Assembly (NCBI GenBank): GCA_944383515.1
Contig: CALWPV010000026.1
Coordinates: 19,377 to 83,376, forward strand
Origin: an uncultured Clostridia bacterium
GTDB taxonomy: Bacteria; Bacillota; Clostridia; Lachnospirales; Bianqueaceae
DNA length: 64,000 nt
Reading direction: 5' to 3'
Within the stretch, counting starts at the first letter, position 1, and every line of letters starts with the position of its first letter. Under the pieces are notes generated by a model, which saw only the letters and a list, made by a program, of their open reading frames with translations, was not told the DNA's origin and ran no database searches. Position numbers and translations under genes: made by a program. Of the stretch, positions 46,490 to 54,038 are shown piece by piece.

Positions 46490-47149
46490 TTATCTCATTT
46501 TTTCTTGCTTCACTTTATGATCAATAATATGCCGCGAGGCTAGTTCTGCTTTTACTTCTTCCAGGGAGACGCCCTTTTCAACCATAAGCACCAGCGCGTG
46601 ATAATATAAATCCGCCAGTTCATAAATCAGCTCCGCATTGCCTTCGTCTGATTTAGCGGCAATAATTACCTCCGTGCACTCTTCGCCAACTTTTTTCAAA
46701 ATTTTATCCAATCCTTTTTGAAATAAATACGTGGTATACGATCCTTCAGGCATTTCCGTTTTACGCTCCTGTAAGAGCGCATATAAACCGTCGGGCGAAA
46801 AAGGCTCCGCCCCCTTCTCCTGCCCGCTGTGCAGCGGGTAGTGAAAGCAGGAGGTAGTTCCCTCATGACAGGCCGGTCCCTTAGGGTCTACCTCTATGAG
46901 CAGCGCGTCGTTATGGCAATCCGCCGTAATCGCAACCACTCGCTGCGTATGGCCGCTGGTCTCTCCCTTGCGCCACAGGCAGCGCCGGCTTCTTGACCAA
47001 AAACAGGTATACCCTTCCTCCAGTGTAATCGCCAAACTCTCCCTATTCATATAGGCCAGCGTTAACACCTGTTTGCTCTTATAATCCTGTACAATGGCCG
47101 GAATCAGTCCGTTGGCATCCCAGCGTAGTGAATCTATATTGACTTCCAT
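46490..47149 (-). CDS. hisI: bifunctional phosphoribosyl-AMP cyclohydrolase / phosphoribosyl-ATP pyrophosphatase
   Basis: It has a HisI domain (GLIPAIVQD...WSRSR..LW.KGETSG) followed by a HisE domain (EE..E). The start was trimmed to the ATG after GGAG. Confidence 0.93.
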   Translation of the reverse strand: MEVNIDSLRWDANGLIPAIVQDYKSKQVLTLAYMNRESLAITLEEGYTCFWSRSRRCLWRKGETSGHTQRVVAITADCHNDALLIEVDPKGPACHEGTTSCFHYPLHSGQEKGAEPFSPDGLYALLQERKTEMPEGSYTTYLFQKGLDKILKKVGEECTEVIIAAKSDEGNAELIYELADLYYHALVLMVEKGVSLEEVKAELASRHIIDHKVKQEKMR

Positions 47150-47171
47150 TGTTACTCCTCTCTTGATATGC

Positions 47172-47927
47172 TTATTGGCGAACCGCAATATGCTGCGCTG
47201 CCAAATACGACTTCAATTCCTGAATGCTCAGCTGCCCATAATGAAATATGGAAGCCGCCAGGCCCGCACTAACAAACGGCAGCGCCTGAAACAAGGCACT
47301 AAAATCTTCTTTTTTTCCGGCGCCGCCGGAAGCAATAATGGGAACTCGCAAAGACGAAAGCTCAGCAAGCATGGCAAGATCAAACCCCTGTTTTACGCCA
47401 TCCGTATCGATGCTGTTTAATACGATTTCTCCGGCGCCTCTTGCAACGCCTTCTTGGGCCCACGCTATTAAGCTTCTTCCGGTATCTGTGCGCCCGCCGT
47501 GAGAACAAACGTGATAACAGCCATTTACTCTTTTACAATCAATCGAAAGGACCACGCACTGATCTCCATATTTTCGGGCTGCCTCTTCAATGAGCTGAGG
47601 TCTTGCCAGAGCCCCGGAATTTACGCTTACTTTATCGGCTCCACTGCTTAAGGCCATATCAAAATCGGCAACGGAAGCAATGCCGCCACCCACTGTTAAC
47701 GGAATAAAAATCTGACTGGCAACCTTTTTAACAACGTTGAAGAAAGGCTTTCGTCCGTCGGCTGAAGCCGTGATGTCATAAAAAACAAGCTCATCGGCGC
47801 CGGCGGCATTATAAAATGCAGCCATAGCCGTGGGATCCGCCACATCCTGAATGCCTTCAAAGCGACGCCCTTTCACGACGCGTCCTTCTTTTACATCCAG
47901 ACAGGGGATAATTCGTTTGGCTAGCAT
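47172..47927 (-). CDS. hisF: imidazole glycerol phosphate synthase, cyclase subunit
   Basis: It begins [20 protein letters not shown], the canonical HisF N-terminus. Confidence 0.96.
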   Translation of the reverse strand: MLAKRIIPCLDVKEGRVVKGRRFEGIQDVADPTAMAAFYNAAGADELVFYDITASADGRKPFFNVVKKVASQIFIPLTVGGGIASVADFDMALSSGADKVSVNSGALARPQLIEEAARKYGDQCVVLSIDCKRVNGCYHVCSHGGRTDTGRSLIAWAQEGVARGAGEIVLNSIDTDGVKQGFDLAMLAELSSLRVPIIASGGAGKKEDFSALFQALPFVSAGLAASIFHYGQLSIQELKSYLAAQHIAVRQ

Positions 47928-48643
47928 AGGTCTCCTCCTGTTTGCAGTACTTCTCGGAGATCTAAAATCCCCTCGTATAGTGCCTTGCCAATAATCGCGC
48001 CGGCCACGCCGGCTTCTTTTAGCTCAAGTATTTCATTCAAATAGGTGACGCCCCCTGAGGCAATGACCTCAATAGAAAGCTCCTGCGCTAACTGGCGGTA
48101 CCAAGCCAGATTGGTTCCTTGCAAGGCTCCGTCTTTGCTGATATCCGTTACAATCACTGTCGAAACGCCTTGCCGCTGCAGCTGAAGACAAAAACTAAGA
48201 GCGTCAATATCGGTCACCTTCCGCCAGCCCTGTACGGCAACCTGTCCGCGGGCTGCGTCAACTCCCACCACAATCCGCTTGCCATAGCGATCTACCATTT
48301 GCCGTAAAAACACAGGGTCTTCTACGGCGGCAGTACCTAAAATCACTCGATCTACGCCTAAATCCAGATACAGTTTGACGCGCTCCGGCGTCCGTATTCC
48401 GCCGCCTACCTCGATTTGCAAATGGCTATTTTCTAACAGCTTCGTTATGGTTTTCTGGTTGCTCAGCGTTCCGTCTCTGGCGCCGTCCAGATCGACTACA
48501 TGCAGTCTTCTGGCGCCGGCCTTTTCAAAAAAAGCAAGAATCTGAGCCGGGTTTTCAAAATAGACCTTAACCTTGTCATAGTCACCTTTTGTCAGCCGAA
48601 CCGCCTGGCCCTGTAATAAATCAATGGCTGGCCAAATTTGCAT
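47921..48643 (-). CDS. hisA: ProFAR isomerase HisA
   Basis: It contains MQIWPAIDLLQGQAVRL and GGGIR. The start was trimmed to the ATG after GGAGGT; the ORF-track N-terminal extension reads through the inserted cassette. Confidence 0.93.
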   Translation of the reverse strand: MQIWPAIDLLQGQAVRLTKGDYDKVKVYFENPAQILAFFEKAGARRLHVVDLDGARDGTLSNQKTITKLLENSHLQIEVGGGIRTPERVKLYLDLGVDRVILGTAAVEDPVFLRQMVDRYGKRIVVGVDAARGQVAVQGWRKVTDIDALSFCLQLQRQGVSTVIVTDISKDGALQGTNLAWYRQLAQELSIEVIASGGVTYLNEILELKEAGVAGAIIGKALYEGILDLREVLQTGGDLC

Positions 48644-48808
48644 ACTAACCTCCATTCCGAAGCGCTTTAGCACGGAGGTCGCGGCGCAAATTTCAAATTT
48701 GCGCCTGCGAAAAAAGCTATTTGTGGCGCTTCGGCACAAATAGCCGTATGAAAAATCAGCTATTCGAGCTGATTTTTCATACTAACCTCCATTCCGAAGC
48801 GCTTTAGC
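48641..48808 (-). repeat. exact 31-bp direct repeat (48641-48671 and 48778-48808) flanking a 106-nt three-hairpin cassette between hisH and hisA
   Basis: On the + strand both copies read CATACTAACCTCCATTCCGAAGCGCTTTAGC. Each copy contains the TAA stop context, the SD GGAGGT and an ATG. The cassette hairpins span 48683-48705, 48716-48744 and 48750-48778. Confidence 0.85.
48710..48744 (-). terminator. terminator-like hairpin in sense orientation inside the his operon
   Basis: The minus strand reads GCTATTTGTG-CCGAAGCGC-CACAAATAGC, followed immediately by TTTTTT. Confidence 0.5.
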
Positions 48809-49427
48809 GAGAAAGCAGCCGCGCAAAATTTGTTAAAAGCTGAAGACCTGCCGCTCCGCTTTTTTCCGGGTGAAACTGCATACCATATACCCTGCCGCGC
48901 CCAACAATAGCCGGCACCCGAATGGATTCGTATTCGGCATCGGCAAGTAAAACCTCTTGACACTGCTTCGCATAAAAAGAATGTACAAAATACATATGCC
49001 GGTTCTCAGGAAGCGGCGCTAGAATGGGGTCGTCTTTGACAATATGCAGCCGGTTCCACCCCATATGGGGAACCAAGGCGTCTTCCCGGGGTAAATCCGG
49101 GCGTAGCGGACAAACCACACCGGGAAGCAGCCCCAGTCCCTTATGTTCTCCGTACTCATAACTTTTTTCAAATAGCAGCTGCATGCCCAGACAAATGCCC
49201 AGAAGCGGTATTCCCTTTTGCGTTTGCTTATGAATCACCTGATCCAAACCAGAGTCTTGCAGCCGCTTAGCGGCATCGCCAAACGCACCCACGCCCGGTA
49301 AAATTAAAGCGTCTGCTTGCTCTATTTCTTCCGGTTTACACGTAATTGTATATGGAATCCCCTGATGCGCCAGCGAAGCCGATAGGGAAAATAAATTTCC
49401 CACTCCATAATCAATAATTGCAATCAT
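48804..49427 (-). CDS. hisH: imidazole glycerol phosphate synthase, glutaminase subunit
   Basis: It contains MIAIIDYGVGNLFS, the catalytic GICLGMQ, and HSF. Confidence 0.93.
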   Translation of the reverse strand: MIAIIDYGVGNLFSLSASLAHQGIPYTITCKPEEIEQADALILPGVGAFGDAAKRLQDSGLDQVIHKQTQKGIPLLGICLGMQLLFEKSYEYGEHKGLGLLPGVVCPLRPDLPREDALVPHMGWNRLHIVKDDPILAPLPENRHMYFVHSFYAKQCQEVLLADAEYESIRVPAIVGRGRVYGMQFHPEKSGAAGLQLLTNFARLLSR

Positions 49428-49443
49428 GAGATAACTCCTATTT

Positions 49444-50037
49444 CTATAAAACGCCCTTGGTAGAAGGGATTTCTCCTTGCATCGCAGGATCTGGCGATAC
49501 GGCCTGCCGCAGAGATCTTCCAAACGACTTAAAAATACCTTCTATAATATGGTGCGTGTTTTCGCCTGCCAGCTGCTTAATATGCACGGTAGCCCGTGCG
49601 TGCCGAACAAATCCATAGAAAAATTCTTGGACAAGCTCTGTATCGAACACGCCCACTTTCTCTGCGGTTAGCTGCATATCGTACCGTAACAAGCTTCGGC
49701 CACTTAAATCGATCGCAGTTAAAATTAAAGCTTCATCCATGGGTAAAATACAGAACCCATACCGCGTAAATCCCGTCATACCTTGCATGGCACGGTCTAT
49801 TGCCATACCCAGTACAATGCCCAAATCTTCTACGGTATGGTGCGCGTCTACGTTTAGGTCTCCCTGACACTGAACCCAAAGATCCATGCGGCTTTGTTTG
49901 GTGAATACTTCCAGCATGTGATTGAAAAAACCAACGCCGGTATCTCCCTGAAAAACACCTTTTCCCTCTAAAGAGAGACGAAGGAAAATATCGGTTTCTT
50001 TTGTTTTTCGGTTTATTTCAATGCATTGATTATTCAT
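49444..50037 (-). CDS. hisB: imidazoleglycerol-phosphate dehydratase
   Basis: It contains RKTKETDI, GFFNHML, HH.VED and HH..E. Confidence 0.95.
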   Translation of the reverse strand: MNNQCIEINRKTKETDIFLRLSLEGKGVFQGDTGVGFFNHMLEVFTKQSRMDLWVQCQGDLNVDAHHTVEDLGIVLGMAIDRAMQGMTGFTRYGFCILPMDEALILTAIDLSGRSLLRYDMQLTAEKVGVFDTELVQEFFYGFVRHARATVHIKQLAGENTHHIIEGIFKSFGRSLRQAVSPDPAMQGEIPSTKGVL

Positions 50038-51103
50038 TGCTTCCTCCGGCTTCCTCTACCATTGCATGCATTGCTTTTACAAACGTTTCCATGTCCTGCA
50101 CCGTTCCAATACTTACTCGAATATAGTCGCTCACTATTTCGCCGTCAAAATGCCGAACCAATATACCCCGCTGTCGAAGCTGCCAATATAGCTCCTTACC
50201 GCCGATTTTGGGGTGTCGTAACCATAAAAAATTCCCTTTAGAGTCTGTAGATTCAAATCCTAAACGCCGTAACGCTGCCTGCGTTTTTTCCCGGGTGCTC
50301 ATGATTTGCTGACAGGTCCACTGAAAATAGTCTTCGTCCAAAATGGCAAACGCCGCCATTTTCTGTGACAATGTAGAAATGGTATAAGAATTAAATGAAT
50401 TTTTAATCCGATCCAGCGCCTGAATCAGCTCTGCGCTTCCCATAGCAAAGCCGACGCGGGCTCCGGCCAGCGCCCTCGACTTAGAAAAGGTTTGAATCAC
50501 CAGTAAATTAGGGTAACTATGAATATAGGGAACCATCGATTCGCTTCCAAAGTCAACATAGGCCTCGTCAACAATAAGAAGTCTATCCGGATGCGCTTGC
50601 AAAAACCGTTCAAGCCGAGCGACCGGCACCGCTAAACCCGTAGGCGCATTGGGATTGGCTAAAATTACGGGACCGCTGCCGTTTTCATAGTCGTCCAGAT
50701 CTAAAACAAATCCTTCGCGAAGCGGAACCACATGCTGCGGAACCTGAAATAACTGAGCGTATACCGCATAAAAACTATACGTAATATTCGCAAAAGAAAT
50801 CGGCTGCTTTTGCGAAGTAAAGGCCATAAAACTAAAGGCGAGAACCTCGTCGCTGCCATTGCCGACAAACACCTCGCTGCTTTCCAGGCCATATCGAGTT
50901 GCAATTAGACTGCGTAAATTAGCAGCATTGGGATCTGGATAAAGCTGCATTCCTTGATTAGAAAAAGAAATCTGGTTAAGCCATACCGAACCCGGATAAG
51001 GACACTCATTCGTATTGAGCTTAATATACTGTAAATCACGTGGCTGTTCTCCGGGGGTATACGGCGCAGCATTTTGCGCCATAGCACTCCAAAACTGATT
51101 CAT
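50030..51103 (-). CDS. hisC: histidinol-phosphate aminotransferase
   Basis: It is a class II aminotransferase with the PLP Lys in QTFSKSRALAG. Confidence 0.93.
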   Translation of the reverse strand: MNQFWSAMAQNAAPYTPGEQPRDLQYIKLNTNECPYPGSVWLNQISFSNQGMQLYPDPNAANLRSLIATRYGLESSEVFVGNGSDEVLAFSFMAFTSQKQPISFANITYSFYAVYAQLFQVPQHVVPLREGFVLDLDDYENGSGPVILANPNAPTGLAVPVARLERFLQAHPDRLLIVDEAYVDFGSESMVPYIHSYPNLLVIQTFSKSRALAGARVGFAMGSAELIQALDRIKNSFNSYTISTLSQKMAAFAILDEDYFQWTCQQIMSTREKTQAALRRLGFESTDSKGNFLWLRHPKIGGKELYWQLRQRGILVRHFDGEIVSDYIRVSIGTVQDMETFVKAMHAMVEEAGGSNE

Positions 51104-52386
51104 TCCCGCGATTCCTCCCGTATTTTTGCTGCGCGCGCATGTGCCTCCAGCCCCTCTGCTCTGGCGAAAGTAGCAATTTTATCGCTTACCTCGTGAAACG
51201 CCTCTCGGGTATAATACGTAATTTGTATTTTTTTCACAAAATCGTCTACCGAAAGCGGCGAAGAAAATTTAGCCGTTCCGCTGGTTGGCAACGTATGATT
51301 AGGACCGGCAAAATAGTCTCCCAATGGCTCCGGTGCATACGACCCCAAAAATACAGAGCCCGCGTTTTGAATCCGATGCAAAAAAGCAAAGGGATCTTGC
51401 ACTGCCAGCTCCAAATGCTCCGGCGCGATCTCATTGGCAATATCGATTGCCTGCTGTATCGATTCGGCCATAAAAATTCTTCCATACGCTTTCAGAGAAG
51501 CCTTGGCAATGTCTTTGCGGGGCAAAGAAGCCAGCTGCTTTTCGAGCTCTTTTTGCGTTTCTTCCGCCAGCGTTTTACTGGTGGTAATGAGCATGGCACA
51601 GGCCAGCGTATCGTGCTCGGCCTGCGACAAAAGGTCTGCCGCCACAAAGTCCGGCCTAGCCGTTTCGTCGGCTACAATCAGTATTTCGCTGGGGCCGGCA
51701 ATCATGTCAATATCGATCTGACCAAATACCATTTTTTTAGCCATGGCCACATAAATATTGCCAGGCCCAACAATTTTATATACTTTGGGCACCGACTCGG
51801 TCCCATAGCTCAGCGCGGCAATGGCCTGCGCGCCGCCAACGCGAAAAGCCCGGTCTACGCCCGCCACATAAGAAGCTGCCAAAACAGCCTGCGCTATTTC
51901 TCCATTCGGTCCCGGCGGAGAAACCAGCACAATTTCTTTAACCCCCGCTATTTTAGCCGGTATCGCGTTCATGAGCACGGTGGAGGGATAGGCGGCCGTT
52001 CCCCCGGGCACATAAATGCCAACCTTTTCAATTGGCTTAATCATCTGTCCCAGTACGGTTCCTTCTTGCTCATGCGTAATAAAATCATGCCTGCTCTGTT
52101 TTTCATGATACCGATAGATACGCTCTTTGGCTTCGCCAAGAACCGCTTGCAGCTGTGGATCCAGCGCCTCGTAAGCGGCGCGCATGGCCTCTTTGTCCAC
52201 TTCTAAAACCGGTGTATCTGCACGGTCCAGCTTTTGATTATATTCACGCAGCGCTTCGTCGCCTCGCGCCTGAACCTGACGCAAAATTTCCTGAACGGTT
52301 TGATTCACCTGCTCATATTCAAATTGACTCCGATGCGGAAGCAAGCGCTGCCAATCTGTCTTAGGCATTGGTATAATGGGTATCAT
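51100..52386 (-). CDS. hisD: histidinol dehydrogenase
   Basis: It contains GIYVPGGTAAYPSTVLM, AGPSE and QAEHD. Confidence 0.96.
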   Translation of the reverse strand: MIPIIPMPKTDWQRLLPHRSQFEYEQVNQTVQEILRQVQARGDEALREYNQKLDRADTPVLEVDKEAMRAAYEALDPQLQAVLGEAKERIYRYHEKQSRHDFITHEQEGTVLGQMIKPIEKVGIYVPGGTAAYPSTVLMNAIPAKIAGVKEIVLVSPPGPNGEIAQAVLAASYVAGVDRAFRVGGAQAIAALSYGTESVPKVYKIVGPGNIYVAMAKKMVFGQIDIDMIAGPSEILIVADETARPDFVAADLLSQAEHDTLACAMLITTSKTLAEETQKELEKQLASLPRKDIAKASLKAYGRIFMAESIQQAIDIANEIAPEHLELAVQDPFAFLHRIQNAGSVFLGSYAPEPLGDYFAGPNHTLPTSGTAKFSSPLSVDDFVKKIQITYYTREAFHEVSDKIATFARAEGLEAHARAAKIREESRE

Positions 52387-53006
52387 AAGTTAATTACCTC
52401 CTCCAGCCGTTTTATAAGAGTGTCTATCCTGTCTTGGTGAAATCGATAACTGGCCCGATTAACAATAAAACGCGCCGAAATTTCCATGAATCGATCGATC
52501 ACCTCTAAATGATTTTCTTTTAAGGTTGTGCCCGTTTCTACAATATCAACAATTACATCGGAAAGTCCCAAAACCGGCGCCAATTCGATAGACCCATTCA
52601 GGTGAATAAACTCTGCCTCACGGCCGCGCCTGGCATAATACGCTCTGGCAATGGTCTCAAATTTTGTAGCAACTTTGAGTTTTCGGCTATAATTCTCCTG
52701 AAAATGCAGTGGGGCGGCCACTGCCATATGACACCGGCCCAGCCCCAAATCTAGCATTTCAAACACATCCGCTTTCTTTTCTTCAAGAATGTCTTTACCA
52801 GCTACGCCTACATCGGCCGCCCCGTATTGCACATACACGGCAACATCCATCGGTTTCACTAATAAATACCGAATCGATCTTTCTTCGTCTTCCAAAACCA
52901 GGCGTCTTCCTATTGCATCCATGGCCGGAATTCCATAGCCCGCCTTCTGCAACGCTTGATATACGGTATCTCCCAATCGTCCTTTGGGAAGCGCAATTGT
53001 AAGCAT
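52383..53006 (-). CDS. hisG: ATP phosphoribosyltransferase, short (HisZ-dependent) form
   Basis: It is a 207-aa short form containing LTIALPKGRL and DIVETGTTLKEN. Confidence 0.93.
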   Translation of the reverse strand: MLTIALPKGRLGDTVYQALQKAGYGIPAMDAIGRRLVLEDEERSIRYLLVKPMDVAVYVQYGAADVGVAGKDILEEKKADVFEMLDLGLGRCHMAVAAPLHFQENYSRKLKVATKFETIARAYYARRGREAEFIHLNGSIELAPVLGLSDVIVDIVETGTTLKENHLEVIDRFMEISARFIVNRASYRFHQDRIDTLIKRLEEVINL

Positions 53007-53009
53007 CGT

Positions 53010-53969
53010 TTACGTCCTTTCCTGCTGCCATAATTCTTCCAGCACATTCAGTTCAACCGCAAAGCCAATCGCCCGGCAGGGCCAGGACATAAACCGCATA
53101 GCCAATTTGTCATAGCGTCCCCCGGATAAAACATACTGACTGCAAGGCTTAACAAATCCCTGAAAAATAATGCCATTGTAATAACTTAACGGATTAACTA
53201 ATGAAAAATCGAGAAGCACGGTGGGCATTTTTTCTTCTATTGCCGTTGCCGCAGGAAACCGCTGTACTAACGCGCATACCTCTTCCGCAGCCTGCTCCAG
53301 CTCTTTTCCCCAGTGCTCGTTTCGAATTTCTTCCAGCACCGTATCCGGCTTTCCACTTAGCCTAGTTGCCGCCAGGAGTCCACGCGATACTGCCTCCGGA
53401 CAGCGCAGCTGGGTTAAATATTTTTTTAAATCATGAGGATTTTTTTGCGCAATATAAGAAATGATCTGTTCTTGCTCCGCTTCCGTCTGATCCAAATACC
53501 ACTGGTTAGACAAAAGAAAGCCCATATGGGAAAGCACCAAAACCGAAGACGAGCCCAGCAGCGCCAAAATATGTCTTGCCAGTTCCAGCACTTCAAAGCC
53601 GTCGGACATGCCTTCCGGCGAGATTTCCTCCGCGCCGATCTGCCGGTGCAAACCATATTGGTGCGTTTTATTAGAAAACCGGAAGACATTTTCCTGGTAA
53701 TAAATTCGATATAAATCTGCAGGCCGATACGCCGTTTGCTTCATTACCGACAACGTCACATCCGGACGCAGCGCATGGAGCTTACCATGCGCATCCGTAA
53801 ACGTAAGCATATGATCCTTTTTTAAAAAGGCCCGGTTCTGATCAAACAGCGCATATTCGTCAAACGCGTCAAAACGCCGCCTTGAAAAGCCGGCCTGACG
53901 CAATAAGCTGATCATCTCTGCTTCTTTCCGCTCTTGCAGGCTTAGGTCCCATTTCCTTTGCTTTTCCAT
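53010..53969 (-). CDS. hisZ: ATP phosphoribosyltransferase regulatory subunit (HisRS paralogue)
   Basis: It has a class II aaRS-like core without an anticodon domain and lies directly upstream of the short hisG. Confidence 0.85.
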   Translation of the reverse strand: MEKQRKWDLSLQERKEAEMISLLRQAGFSRRRFDAFDEYALFDQNRAFLKKDHMLTFTDAHGKLHALRPDVTLSVMKQTAYRPADLYRIYYQENVFRFSNKTHQYGLHRQIGAEEISPEGMSDGFEVLELARHILALLGSSSVLVLSHMGFLLSNQWYLDQTEAEQEQIISYIAQKNPHDLKKYLTQLRCPEAVSRGLLAATRLSGKPDTVLEEIRNEHWGKELEQAAEEVCALVQRFPAATAIEEKMPTVLLDFSLVNPLSYYNGIIFQGFVKPCSQYVLSGGRYDKLAMRFMSWPCRAIGFAVELNVLEELWQQERT

Positions 53970-54006
53970 ATACTCTACTTCCCATTCTAAGACAATTTAG
54001 AGTTTA

Positions 54007-54035
54007 ATTATACTGAATTATCTGATATTTGTCAA
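54007..54035 (-). promoter_or_regulatory. sigma-A promoter for the his operon
   Basis: The minus strand reads TTGACA-N17-TATAAT, a perfect consensus. It sits about 35 nt upstream of the hisZ ATG and abuts the stop codon of the ABC permease gene. Confidence 0.55.
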
Positions 54036-54038
54036 TTC

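Noticed and set aside
48683-48705. Possible homology between the cassette palindrome (GGCGCAAATTT...) and the hisH 3' end (GCGCAAAATTTG at about 48821-48832), which would suggest a longer degenerate duplication.
   Set aside because: The similarity is limited to about 10-12 nt of simple sequence. I could not extend the alignment by eye, so I report only the exact 31-bp repeat.
51139-52206. A 355-aa ORF on the + strand, antisense to hisD.
   Set aside because: It lies completely inside the confidently assigned hisD. The predicted protein is Arg/Ser/Phe/Gly-rich with no motif and no RBS. It looks like a typical stop-free mirror frame of a highly biased gene.
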